A DNA stretch of 64,000 bases from Microgenomates group bacterium (GTDB lineage: Bacteria; Patescibacteriota; Microgenomatia; UBA10105; UBA927), in assembly GCA_049287205.1 (NCBI GenBank), contig JBAQFJ010000001.1, forward strand, positions 255,041-319,040. Reading direction: 5' to 3'. A model generated the notes under the pieces. That model was not told the DNA's origin and did no database searches. It was given only the letters and a program-made list of their open reading frames with translations. Within the stretch, counting starts at the first letter, position 1. Each line of letters starts with the position of its first letter. The translations under genes were made by a program, and so were the position numbers. This document shows, piece by piece, positions 46,425-57,150 of the stretch.

Positions 46425-48145
46425 TTTCATCACTGCCATTATTTATCACACTGTTTCTTATTTTATTTGCGGCACTCGTCGGTGCTTTCTTAGCGAAACT
46501 GCTCCGGTTGCCGCTTATTTTAGGATATATTGCCGTTGGTGTATTGGTCGGAAATGTTTTTTCATCATTGGTTGATCACACGTTGATAGGACATGTTGCT
46601 GAGAGTGGTGTCACGCTGTTATTATTTACGCTTGGCGTTGAGTTTTCATTTCATAGGCTTCGGAAAGTGTTGGGGACTGTCTCATGGGCTGCGACATTAC
46701 AAATGCTTCTTTCGTTTTGTGTGTTGCTTCCGATATTTATGGGTCTTGGATTTTCTTTTTTGCCTGCATTGTTTATGGGGATTGCGGCATCGCTTTCTTC
46801 GACCGCTGTTGTCATCAGGCTGTTATCTGAACGGGGAGAAACAGAAACTATTTCCGGTGAGGTACTGACAGGGTGGCTCATTGTGCAGGATTTGGCAGTC
46901 ATTCCTATCATGATGATGATTCCTTCGATTGCTTCAATTGCGATGTCTGAAGTATCGCTTGTTACCACGGTCAGTTTATTAGGTGTGAATCTTATTAAGG
47001 CAGCTGCGGCCATTGGTGCAATTATTTTCCTCGGGCGTACCGGTATTCCATGGGTACTCAATAAAGTTGCCGCATTTGGAAGTAGGGAAATATTTTTAGT
47101 GACAGTCATCGGACTTGTCTTTTTATCCGGTACTGTTGCATATATGGCTGGGCTTTCCGCTGCACTCGGGGCATTTATCGCAGGGATACTTGTTGCGGAA
47201 ACCAGTCAGAATCATGCAATTTTTGCGGAAGTTCGACCACTTCGGGATTTGTTTGCTGTAGTGTTTTTTGTCTCGCTCGGTATGGCACTTCCTGTTTCTG
47301 TGTTGTATCCGGTATTACCAATGATTTTGCTGATGGCACTTATTATCATTGCTGTGAAGGCAATTATTGTCTATCTCTTGTCACGTTTCCTCGGCTATCA
47401 CAGGAAAACGTCATTTATTGTTGCGCTCGGGCTCACCGAGATGAGCGAATTTGGATTTATCATTGCAAGTGTTGGACTCAAACAGGGAGTCTTGAGTGAA
47501 CAGCAGTACGCGATTATCGTAGCACTTGTGTTCGTAACCATCATGGTGAGCTCGCCACTTTTTACGAAAGCAACGAACATCTTTTATTTTCTTAGAAAAA
47601 AAGTGCCGTTTTTGTATCCGAATTTTATTCCGGAAAAAGTAGAGAAAGAACTATTTGAAAAAGAATTACCCTTGAAAGATCATGTGGTGATTTGTGGATA
47701 CGGAAGGGTGGGGAAATATGTGGGACGCGCACTTGCTATGGAAGGCATCCCATTTATCGTTGTGGACTACGATCATACGACGGTAAAACTGTTACGGGAG
47801 AAAAATATTCAGGTGATTTACGGAGATCCGGCTGATATGGACGTGTTGGACTTCGCGCAGGTGGATTTTGCACGTGCGGTTGTCATCGCCATTCCTGATA
47901 GACACACACAAGAAATGGTTATTGCTAATGTGCAAACATTAAATAAAACGGTCAGAATTATCTGCAGAACGCATCAGGAAAAAGATATTATCCGGTTAAA
48001 AACATTAGGTGTACACACGATTGTGCAGCCGGAATTTGAAGCGGCTGTCACCATCACAAATAAACTTTTATCCCAATTTGGTATTGAGCAAACCGATATT
48101 GATGGGAAAATTGCTCGACTCAAGATTGAGCACGGATTAGGGTAA
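46421..48145 (+). CDS. CPA2-family K+/H+ antiporter (Kef-type) with C-terminal RCK/TrkA-N domain
   Basis: 12-13 TM Na/H-exchanger domain then Rossmann 'VICGYGRVGKYVG'. Confidence 0.75.
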   Translation: MISSLPLFITLFLILFAALVGAFLAKLLRLPLILGYIAVGVLVGNVFSSLVDHTLIGHVAESGVTLLLFTLGVEFSFHRLRKVLGTVSWAATLQMLLSFCVLLPIFMGLGFSFLPALFMGIAASLSSTAVVIRLLSERGETETISGEVLTGWLIVQDLAVIPIMMMIPSIASIAMSEVSLVTTVSLLGVNLIKAAAAIGAIIFLGRTGIPWVLNKVAAFGSREIFLVTVIGLVFLSGTVAYMAGLSAALGAFIAGILVAETSQNHAIFAEVRPLRDLFAVVFFVSLGMALPVSVLYPVLPMILLMALIIIAVKAIIVYLLSRFLGYHRKTSFIVALGLTEMSEFGFIIASVGLKQGVLSEQQYAIIVALVFVTIMVSSPLFTKATNIFYFLRKKVPFLYPNFIPEKVEKELFEKELPLKDHVVICGYGRVGKYVGRALAMEGIPFIVVDYDHTTVKLLREKNIQVIYGDPADMDVLDFAQVDFARAVVIAIPDRHTQEMVIANVQTLNKTVRIICRTHQEKDIIRLKTLGVHTIVQPEFEAAVTITNKLLSQFGIEQTDIDGKIARLKIEHGLG

Positions 48146-48165
48146 AAGCATGGTAAAATAGGTGA

Positions 48166-49344
<1,179 letters not shown>

Positions 49345-49382
49345 TAGATATATTGTAGTAATTTCCCTTTAAAGGAGGATCT

Positions 49383-49529
49383 ATGGGTTCCAGTGACTTT
49401 CGTACACATGAAAAGAAAAAGATAAAGAAATCTGATTTGGAAAAGAAAGCTTCAAGGCAGATGAGCACCAATAGTCCGTGGCAGATGCCGAACGTAGAAA
49501 TCATCAAAAAAGGGAAAAAAGAATGGTAA
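49383..49529 (+). CDS. possible 48-aa basic small protein translationally coupled to the LCP-like gene
   Basis: Strong RBS AAAGGAGG 4 nt before ATG; stop TAA overlaps the downstream ATG (ATGgTAA); below the ORF-track length cutoff. Confidence 0.25.
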   Translation: MGSSDFRTHEKKKIKKSDLEKKASRQMSTNSPWQMPNVEIIKKGKKEW

Positions 49530-50485
49530 AGACTCGTCAAAAAAGAACGCATCGATTTTTTTTAGGTGTTCTTGTCGGTGTTTTTCTTTTAGCCATTGGT
49601 GGCATCCTTGCATTTTTTATTTGTACGTCGCAGATTCCCCGCGGCAGACTCGGCATTGTTTTACAAGGAAATCCTACCATGTTTGTCTCTTGGGAGTCAG
49701 ACAGATCCCGTTTTGCCATCTTTCTTCTTCCTGAATCAATGCAAATCGAGGCGGTACAGGGGTATGGGTGGTATGGACTGGATGCACTATGGAAATTAGA
49801 CCTGATGGATCGTCATGGGGGAACGGTGTACAAAAATTCCATACAAGACGCGCTGGCTTCACCAGTGAGATGGTATGCAACCGGTGTGAATACTGCAGAT
49901 CAGGTTACTGACAAAGGATCTGCAATCGGCACGATACAACACCGGTTATCATTCCTCAATATTTTTCACATGATTGTTTCCGGTAAGACAAACATCCAAC
50001 CGTTTGAAGCATGGTATGTGTGGAATCAGATTCAGCAGATGGGATCTGATTCGATGACACTGTATGACTTTCAGCACGGACAATTGAGTTCCGATATCAC
50101 GATGCCGGATGAAACGATTATTCCGCGGTTTGACTCGGCAAAATATGATGCGCTCGTCGGAAACACATTGGAGGATACTCCATTTCGTCAGGAAGGTTTG
50201 AGAATTGCCTTATACAATACCACGGGCACGCCCGGAATTGCACAAAAAATTGCTCGGCTTATCGAACATATGGGCGGGTTTGTTGTATTTGTCGGAAACG
50301 AGGAGCATCCGACAATGGGCAATTGTGAGGTAACGGGGGAAAACAGTATGCTATCCTCACGCACGGCACAATTTTTCCGTACCTTTTACGGGTGTTCGCT
50401 TCATGAAACGCTAGAGGGAAAAGGACGGGCAGACATCATTGTCAGGCTAGGGACGGGAATTGAAAAACAATACATGTCGAAGTAG
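49523..50485 (+). CDS. LytR_C-domain (LCP-family-like) cell-envelope protein
   Basis: N-terminal TM; C-terminal 'GLRIALYNTTGTPGIAQKIARLIEHMGGFVVFVGN' matches the LytR C-terminal domain. Confidence 0.5.
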   Translation: MVKTRQKRTHRFFLGVLVGVFLLAIGGILAFFICTSQIPRGRLGIVLQGNPTMFVSWESDRSRFAIFLLPESMQIEAVQGYGWYGLDALWKLDLMDRHGGTVYKNSIQDALASPVRWYATGVNTADQVTDKGSAIGTIQHRLSFLNIFHMIVSGKTNIQPFEAWYVWNQIQQMGSDSMTLYDFQHGQLSSDITMPDETIIPRFDSAKYDALVGNTLEDTPFRQEGLRIALYNTTGTPGIAQKIARLIEHMGGFVVFVGNEEHPTMGNCEVTGENSMLSSRTAQFFRTFYGCSLHETLEGKGRADIIVRLGTGIEKQYMSK

Positions 50486-50497
50486 GCTAGCCTTTTT

Positions 50498-51208
50498 TTA
50501 GGCTTCTTGTTGCTGTTCTTCTTCCTGTTCATCTTCTGTTGATTTTGCGTTTTCTGTAGTCTGCGTGTCTCGCTGATAGGGCATGTAGTTTGTTGTGCCG
50601 ATAAAAGACGGTTGATTCTGCAGTTTTTTGCCCCGTTTTAATTCCCTGATAAAAACAGAGATACAGTTTTTGGAAATGCCTTTGACGAATATTGAATACG
50701 TGTTTCCCGCGGTGATAAATTTAATCATTTTGAATGCGACATCGTCGGGAAGTGCGCCAAGATATTTTTCATGCTGATCCCGTATTTCAATCGTGTGTTT
50801 CTTTGGTTTTAGATAGACTTCCTGACCGCATGTGAGGCCTGTTAACACGTTCATCGGGGCAGCGTTGATGCAGTCAACAACTTTTGTTTTTCCCGGTTCT
50901 TCCAGAAACAATAACGGTGAAATATCGCTGGAATTTGCCGTTAACAGCCCGCCTTTTTTGAGCGCTAACAATTTCTGAAGATTTTTTGTCGCAATTTGAT
51001 TATATTTATCAAGCGTCAGCACTTTTTCGAATATTTCTTTTGCTTTTTTTATCTGTCCGCTTTTGAGGTAGGCAAATCCAAGCCGATTATGCGCGTCAAC
51101 ATTCTTTTTATCAGTTTTGAGTATCTCCGTATTGAGTTCTATGGCTGTTTTCCAATCCTGCTGGAGTGCGGCTTTTATGGCGTCATCGAGTTTTGAGGCG
51201 TCAATCAT
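50498..51208 (-). CDS. TPR-repeat protein with acidic C-terminal tail
   Basis: TPR-like 'NRLGFAYLKSGQIKKAKEIFEKVLTLD'; C-terminus 'EDEQEEEQQQEA'. Confidence 0.5.
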   Translation of the reverse strand: MIDASKLDDAIKAALQQDWKTAIELNTEILKTDKKNVDAHNRLGFAYLKSGQIKKAKEIFEKVLTLDKYNQIATKNLQKLLALKKGGLLTANSSDISPLLFLEEPGKTKVVDCINAAPMNVLTGLTCGQEVYLKPKKHTIEIRDQHEKYLGALPDDVAFKMIKFITAGNTYSIFVKGISKNCISVFIRELKRGKKLQNQPSFIGTTNYMPYQRDTQTTENAKSTEDEQEEEQQQEA

Positions 51209-51269
51209 AACGCTCAGTTTACGTTTTTCTTGAGAATTGTCAATAGAGAAGATAGAATAGGAACACGTT

Positions 51270-51989
51270 ATGTCCGGTCATTCGAAATGGTCTAAAGTAA
51301 AACACCAAAAAGCGACGACTGATGTTTTAAAAGCCGCTCGCTTTACCCAAGCTTCCCGCGCAATCACCGTAGCGGTCAAAGAGGGAGGAGGACTCACTAA
51401 TCCTGATGATAATTTCAGACTCAGACTTGCTATTGAAAAAGCGCGTAGCGTAAACATGCCGAAAGAAAATATCGAGCGGCTTATTGCCAAAGCAAAAGGG
51501 GAAGGGGGGAATGCGATCACTACTGTTGTCTATGAAGGATACGCCCCGTTTGGGGTTGCTATCTATATTGAAGGAGTAACAGATAATATCAAGAGAACTG
51601 TGGGATTTGTAAAACAAATTTTAGAGCATGCAGGTGGAGGACTGGCTTCTCCGGGAGCGGTTTCGTATTTGTTTGAAAGAAAAGGGGTTATTACTGTCCC
51701 CGTTGCACAGACTGCGTTTGATACGCTTTTTGAACTCGGTGTGGAACTGGGTGCACTGGATGTTGTGGAAATGCTCGACGTGTATGAACTGTTTACAAAA
51801 CCGAATGATATTATGCGGATGAAATCAGCGATTGAGGAAAAGGGAATTGCGACGGAAACCGCGCAGCTTATGATGCATCCGACAACAACAGTGGAACTAG
51901 AACCTGATAAACGTGCTATAGTAGTTGATGTACTAGAACGCCTTGAAGCGCTTGATGATGTGCAGGAAGTCTATTCAAATCTTGTGTAA
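51270..51989 (+). CDS. yebC: YebC/PmpR-family transcriptional regulator
   Basis: 'MSGHSKWSKVKHQKA' canonical N-terminus. Confidence 0.85.
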   Translation: MSGHSKWSKVKHQKATTDVLKAARFTQASRAITVAVKEGGGLTNPDDNFRLRLAIEKARSVNMPKENIERLIAKAKGEGGNAITTVVYEGYAPFGVAIYIEGVTDNIKRTVGFVKQILEHAGGGLASPGAVSYLFERKGVITVPVAQTAFDTLFELGVELGALDVVEMLDVYELFTKPNDIMRMKSAIEEKGIATETAQLMMHPTTTVELEPDKRAIVVDVLERLEALDDVQEVYSNLV

Positions 51990-51995
51990 CTTTTT

Positions 51996-52844
51996 ATGAA
52001 ACTCGTCTTCAAAAAAATTGTTCTTTGGATAACCAAACGGTTCAAGAGGTGGGAACGACATATCACCCTCACGAAACGGCAACAGTTCGTATTAATTACC
52101 ATTATGCTGACGCTTGTGTTGATGTTGACACAACTCATTCCTGTCGATGTGATTCGATATCCCTTAGTGTTTTTATTGGCCATCGTGACGTATGTGGGGG
52201 CTGCATTTGCGCTTCGTGAAGATTTGGGTGGCGTTGAATGGATAACTTTGCTTATTCCACCTATGCTGTACAGCGCTGCTGTTGCATTATTCTATTTTTT
52301 GCTTCCAGCGCGCTGGCTTACTCGTATCCCAGTTGCAGCATTATATGCGATCGGGTTGTACGCATTTTTGCTGACGGAAAATATTTATAACGTTGCGGCA
52401 AATCGGACAATCGCACTTCTTAGGGCCGCGCGTTCTGTTGGATTCCTTCTTACGATTTGTACATTTTATTTACTCATGCTTACGGTGGTGTCATTTCGCG
52501 CATTTCCTCTTGGAACGGCGCTCGTTATCTCCGGTTTAAGTTTCTTGCATATTTTTCCTTCATTGTGGGTAATGGAGTTGACGGGGAAGGCGAGTACAAA
52601 AGTTATTCTATTAAGTGTTTCTTTGTCAGTGCTTCTTGGAGAACTTGCATGGATATTATCATTTTGGCCAATGCCGACCGCGATGGTTGCGCTTTTGATG
52701 GCATCGGTTTTCTACAGCACGGTGGGTATTGGCCAGGAGTACCTCGCAAATAAGCTGTATAAAAAAACAATCATTGAATTTTTTATTGTGTGTATTTTTG
52801 TTTTTATTGCAGCGCTTCTTACAACGCGTTGGCGGGTTGTGTAA
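51996..52844 (+). CDS. hypothetical polytopic membrane protein
   Basis: 282 aa, 7-8 hydrophobic helices, no motifs recognised. Confidence 0.4.
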   Translation: MKLVFKKIVLWITKRFKRWERHITLTKRQQFVLITIMLTLVLMLTQLIPVDVIRYPLVFLLAIVTYVGAAFALREDLGGVEWITLLIPPMLYSAAVALFYFLLPARWLTRIPVAALYAIGLYAFLLTENIYNVAANRTIALLRAARSVGFLLTICTFYLLMLTVVSFRAFPLGTALVISGLSFLHIFPSLWVMELTGKASTKVILLSVSLSVLLGELAWILSFWPMPTAMVALLMASVFYSTVGIGQEYLANKLYKKTIIEFFIVCIFVFIAALLTTRWRVV

Positions 52845-53016
52845 CTTCAACAGGAAGGTGGGAGAGAGGGAAGTAAGACGTGATATAGTTTGATACAGTC
52901 GGTGGATTATGTCCTATAGTTAATGTGGATAATTAATTTCACGATACTATAAGATAGTTTTCACGGTAACCACCATAGCTTCGCATTAGCCTCATGACGT
53001 ATCCCTACACGGGTAG

Positions 53017-53507
53017 AGTTTAGCTATAGAATTAATAGTTTAGAGCTTTATTACGCGCTCTCTATCTTCTTTTGATATGCATGCGTTTTTTATAATAATA
53101 GCCTGAAAAGTATTACTTTATCACGTTAATACGCGCTAAACTGAATCGCGGTAACAGCTCACCGCTCGCGAGTGCTAATGGGTGCACGAGTATCTTCATC
53201 TTTTAGCCTTGATATATGCAGTTTAGCACGTTAGTACGCTCTATAACTGTCTACTCATGCAGCGTAGTTTTAGCGAAGTTGTAGCCTCGATAATGCTACT
53301 TTAGCTCGTTAGAACGATCTAAATATACGTACTATTTGTGTTCAATTTGTTGATTTTTTTGTCTTCTAGCCATAGGGGGTGAAAGAGCCTCGAAAGTGTT
53401 AAAACGTCTTATTCTGACGCGCTATTTCTACTCCAATCCATGATGTGACAAATAAAAACATTTAGCCTTGAAATTAACAGTTTAGCGCGATAATACGCGC
53501 TAACTGC
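53017..53507. repeat. cluster of at least 5 degenerate palindromic repeats (core GTTTAGCGCG-N-CGCGCTAAAC) inside a 1.6-kb non-coding region
   Basis: Copies at about 53017-53065, 53127-53143 (inverted), 53202-53249, 53262-53325 and 53461-53507; the 53202 and 53461 copies are about 47 nt, roughly 80% identical, 259 bp apart. Confidence 0.5.
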
Positions 53508-54438
53508 AAAACAGAAAAAACCCGAACGACGTCTAGAACTTGCGACGTCAGAGAACACTGATGTTTGTCATTTCTTGGTTGCTTGATGACAGCGAGGAAA
53601 CACATGTATCCAAGAGCACATTGTCATACAACACCTGAGAGTGGTGAGGTGTTCTTCTCCAGTACCCGTAAGCATTATTGAAATACAGTCTCTATGGGTG
53701 CATGGGTGTATGACGCCAGAGTTACCATGAACGGTTTATAAGAGCAGTGCCATAACGGGTATGAAGAAAACGGATCATCATTCATAGTTGGCATGGTTAG
53801 TATGAGCAGCCCAGTTTTTGATGGACAGACCCTCACGGGAAGTGTAATGCCTGATGTCGCACAATAATACTTTTACGACGTCCGGTAGCTTCAGAAGTTG
53901 GGAGAAGTGGTATTTTCACCTCATTGTTTGTCATCAATTGTTTGTCATTTCTTTTTCCTTTTCAAAACAACAATTACCTCTTTTTGTGAGCAACTTATGT
54001 GGTGTTTCCCTCCATATGTCTCTGAGGCTATTTTTGGCTTTTGACTTCCCTGCCCGTATATGCGTGAAATCTATATATAAATTGCGTGAAATGTGCGGTT
54101 TGTACGCGCCGGATGCAAACTGGTTGACTAACTGCTCATTGATGACGGTAACGTCAATTTCTAGGTCACTACAGGGGCTCAAAAATAGCTTCATAATATG
54201 TGTATAGATGGGTTTGTTTACGCTTAGTATTTTTTGATAGTTGGTCTTTGTTTTTGTAGTGTATTCCAATAGTATGTATTGTTCAGTAATATGTAAGAAA
54301 AAGGGAGACTGATGAAAGAAAAATTTATATGATGAATGAATAGAAAAATGAATATGTGGTATTGAAATTTAAAGCTGATATATTGACATTTTCTTTCACG
54401 TCGCACATTATTGATTGTAGAGACGTTTATATACTGTT

Positions 54439-55422
54439 ATGTCGCTTTCACAACTTATCAATGAATATTTAGAATATTTGGAAATTGAGCGGAATGTTTC
54501 GCCGCTCACTATCAGAAATTATGGGCATTATTTGCATCGATTTCTCGATTATCTTGCAGGCTCTCCCCTTTCCATAGACAAAAAAATAGAGGGGGCTGAA
54601 GACAAACAATTAGACAAAAGAAAATTAGTTGATGTGTCAGCCATCACCAGTGAGTCTATTAGACAATACAGGCTCTTTTTATCACGGTTTGTTGATGAGC
54701 ATGGGATTAGCCTCAAACGGGTGACGCAGAACTATCACTTGATTGCCGTTCGGTCGTTTTTGAAATACTGCACCAAACGGGATGTTGTGACGGTATCAGC
54801 AGACAAGATCGATCTTCCAAAAACTGAAAGTCGCAGCATCAAATTTCTGGAACGTGAACAGATTGAGCGGCTTATGAATATGCCGGAGATTTCCACAAAT
54901 GAAGGAATTCGTGATAAGGCAATTTTGGAAATGTTGTTTTCTACAGGGCTCCGCGTGTCGGAACTTACGAAACTTAACAGGGATCAGATCAACCTTGAAC
55001 GGAAAGAATTCGGCGTTATTGGAAAAGGCCGGCGTGCTCGTATTGTCTTTTTATCCGACTCAGCAGTTGAATGGATCAAGCGGTGTTTAGCGACGCGTGA
55101 TGATGATTTAAGCCCACTATTTATTAGGTATTCAGGAAAAAAGCCTGAAGAACATGATCCGCACGGTGAAAGCATTAGACTATCAGCAAGAAGTGTTGAA
55201 CGCTTGGTAGAAAAATATGTGAAGAAAGCTCGGCTGCCGATAAAAATTACACCGCACGGGCTTCGGCATAGTTTTGCAACAGATTTGTTGTCAGCAGGAG
55301 CTGACATCCGCGCAATTCAGGAAATGTTGGGACACAAAAATATTTCAACGACACAGATTTACACCCATGTTACCAATCCGCAGCTTCGGGCTGTGCATGA
55401 GCGGTTCCATAGACAAAAATAA
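54439..55422 (+). CDS. tyrosine site-specific recombinase, XerC/XerD family
   Basis: 'HGLRHSFATDLLSAGADIRAIQEMLGHKNISTTQIYTHV' (R-H-R-Y catalytic set); N-terminal core-binding domain with about 30-aa insertion. Confidence 0.8.
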   Translation: MSLSQLINEYLEYLEIERNVSPLTIRNYGHYLHRFLDYLAGSPLSIDKKIEGAEDKQLDKRKLVDVSAITSESIRQYRLFLSRFVDEHGISLKRVTQNYHLIAVRSFLKYCTKRDVVTVSADKIDLPKTESRSIKFLEREQIERLMNMPEISTNEGIRDKAILEMLFSTGLRVSELTKLNRDQINLERKEFGVIGKGRRARIVFLSDSAVEWIKRCLATRDDDLSPLFIRYSGKKPEEHDPHGESIRLSARSVERLVEKYVKKARLPIKITPHGLRHSFATDLLSAGADIRAIQEMLGHKNISTTQIYTHVTNPQLRAVHERFHRQK

Positions 55423-55447
55423 GTTTTTGTAGAGAAAGGAAATATGT

Positions 55448-56449
55448 ATGCATATTGCAGTACTCTATAGTTTGCCGACAAGGCGTGCGAAGTTGGGACA
55501 TTTCATCGCATCTGATGATGACACAGTAGAATCTGCGTATGAAGTGCAGGCGGCGCTTCTTGAAAAAGATGTGAAAGCATTTTTAGTTCCCGTTTCAGAA
55601 GACACGATTGAAGAAGCAATCTCTACGATTCAGGCGGATTGTGTGGTGAATATTATTGATTGGACAGGACTGGATCTTCCACTTTCGATGCAGGCGATGG
55701 ACGCGCTTGTCAGGACTGGTATTCCGTTTACCGGAGCAAACAGAGAGGCTTTTGAACGCGGTGCAGACAAGATGCTCATGAAGCAAACTATGGACGCACA
55801 CCATTTGCCTACCCCCAAGTGGCAACTGTTTGAAACGGGAGAAGAACCGATTGCATCACACATTATATATCCAAGTATTGTGAAGCTTGCCAAAGAACAT
55901 TGTAGTGTGGGATTGGGAGAATGGTCTATAGTACACAACCCCGAAGAGCTTATAGCGAAAGTTCGTGAACAGCTTATAACATACAAACAGCCGGTGATCG
56001 TTGAAGAATTTTTATCCGGTCGTGAATTTCAGATTACCGTTATTGAGGAAGAACAAGGAATACGCATGTTGCCTCCCGCCGAAGTGACGTATAAAGTTGC
56101 AGGTACGAAGGCGATGCTTTCTTATGAAAGCCGTTGGAACGAAACACATCCCGATTTTCATACCTCCGGCATGGAACTTGCGACAATCACTGACTTTCAG
56201 GAAAAAGAATTTGCACGGATTTGTATTGCGGCATTTACGGCATTTGATTTTTCAGACTTTACCAGAATTGATGCTCGCCTCAATAGTAAAAATGAATTGA
56301 TGATTTTGGAGGCAAATGCAAATCCCGGACTCTCGCATGACCCCTTATATGGCATGACGGTATCGTATATGGCGGCAGGGATGACATTTGCTGATTTTAT
56401 CTGGAAGATTGTCAGTTCCTGCATGCGGCGGGCAAACAAAGAGGTTTAG
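55448..56449 (+). CDS. ATP-grasp ligase, D-alanine--D-alanine ligase-like
   Basis: Ddl-like N-terminus 'HIAVLYS...DDTVESAYEVQAAL'; ATP-grasp core '...VKLAKEHCSVGL...EEFLSGREFQITVI...ILEANANPGL'. Confidence 0.5.
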   Translation: MHIAVLYSLPTRRAKLGHFIASDDDTVESAYEVQAALLEKDVKAFLVPVSEDTIEEAISTIQADCVVNIIDWTGLDLPLSMQAMDALVRTGIPFTGANREAFERGADKMLMKQTMDAHHLPTPKWQLFETGEEPIASHIIYPSIVKLAKEHCSVGLGEWSIVHNPEELIAKVREQLITYKQPVIVEEFLSGREFQITVIEEEQGIRMLPPAEVTYKVAGTKAMLSYESRWNETHPDFHTSGMELATITDFQEKEFARICIAAFTAFDFSDFTRIDARLNSKNELMILEANANPGLSHDPLYGMTVSYMAAGMTFADFIWKIVSSCMRRANKEV

Positions 56450-57045
56450 ACGGTTGCAGGAAATACTTTCGATGTCGGCGATGTGAATTTAGGCAGGTGT
56501 TTTAGATCCCGTGCAATGACGAGCATCAGTTGTGGTTGCCAATGGCGAATCAGTTTAAATTTTCCCCCTGTCTTTGTCAGTTTTTTCCGTTTGAGGTCAA
56601 AATCAAACCAGCGTTCCCTAAAATCCGCCCACGCGTAGGATTTGTGTTTCCCGCTGGCACTGTCTAAAAGGACGATTCTGTTTTTACTTGGTAAGTAGGA
56701 AGCCACGGTAGCCCAGTGTCCGCTGTCTGGATGTGGCCTATCTTTTTCATCGAGGTCATAGAGATAGCTGACCATCACAGCGCGGCGGTTGTTTTGTGTA
56801 TATTTTAGTGCGCTTTGCAGGTGCGCAAGTGTCGAATATTCGACAGCCAGTACAGAAAGTCCGAGACCGTTTGCGGCATGAATGAGATTTTTGGTTGATG
56901 TGCCGTTGCTGTTGGTTTTGCAAAGAGCAATGAGTGTCGCAAGCGCCTTTTTTAGACCAAAAATAGACAACGCAATTTTCAGCGCGCTTGGACCACACGT
57001 TGTGTCGTCGGGTTGTTGAATCGGTTGTGCTTTACTTCTTCCCAT
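56446..57045 (-). CDS. papain-like cysteine peptidase, C39-like domain protein
   Basis: 'QPDDTTCGPSALKIAL' (Q...CG catalytic Cys), downstream 'GHWATV' His. Confidence 0.5.
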   Translation of the reverse strand: MGRSKAQPIQQPDDTTCGPSALKIALSIFGLKKALATLIALCKTNSNGTSTKNLIHAANGLGLSVLAVEYSTLAHLQSALKYTQNNRRAVMVSYLYDLDEKDRPHPDSGHWATVASYLPSKNRIVLLDSASGKHKSYAWADFRERWFDFDLKRKKLTKTGGKFKLIRHWQPQLMLVIARDLKHLPKFTSPTSKVFPATV

Positions 57046-57150
57046 ACACGTTCCTTTGTTCCTACTTGGGGGTATGGATCATTCTACCGCGCCGTAAGGC
57101 CTCTCGACAAGAGGGTAAAATTTGAGGCTAAAACGGGCAGTTTTTGCTGT

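Noticed and set aside
52926-52934. oriC call from a perfect DnaA box TGTGGATAA
   Set aside because: A single 9-mer is expected by chance about 0.5 times in 64 kb. No cluster of DnaA boxes, no dnaA or dnaN nearby. Mentioned only as part of the non-coding island.
53371-53400. tmRNA 5' end (GGGGGUGAAAGAGCCUCGAAAG resembles GGGGxxGxxxxGGxUUCGACxGGG)
   Set aside because: The invariant UUCGAC is replaced by CUCGAA. No tRNA-like T-arm or acceptor 3' end is found downstream within 300-400 nt.
53017-53507. CRISPR array
   Set aside because: The repeats are degenerate (about 80% identity), of unequal length and irregularly spaced, in both orientations. No cas genes in the window.
53860-53905. 5S rRNA-like 'TCAGAAGT' motif
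   Set aside because: Only an 8-nt match. The surrounding sequence lacks the 5S helices and conserved loop sequences.
53854-54269. Two overlapping ORFs (117 aa plus, 111 aa minus) inside the 1.6-kb non-coding island
   Set aside because: No RBS, TTG start for the minus one, low-complexity or hydrophobic compositions, and mutually exclusive overlap. Treated as non-coding.
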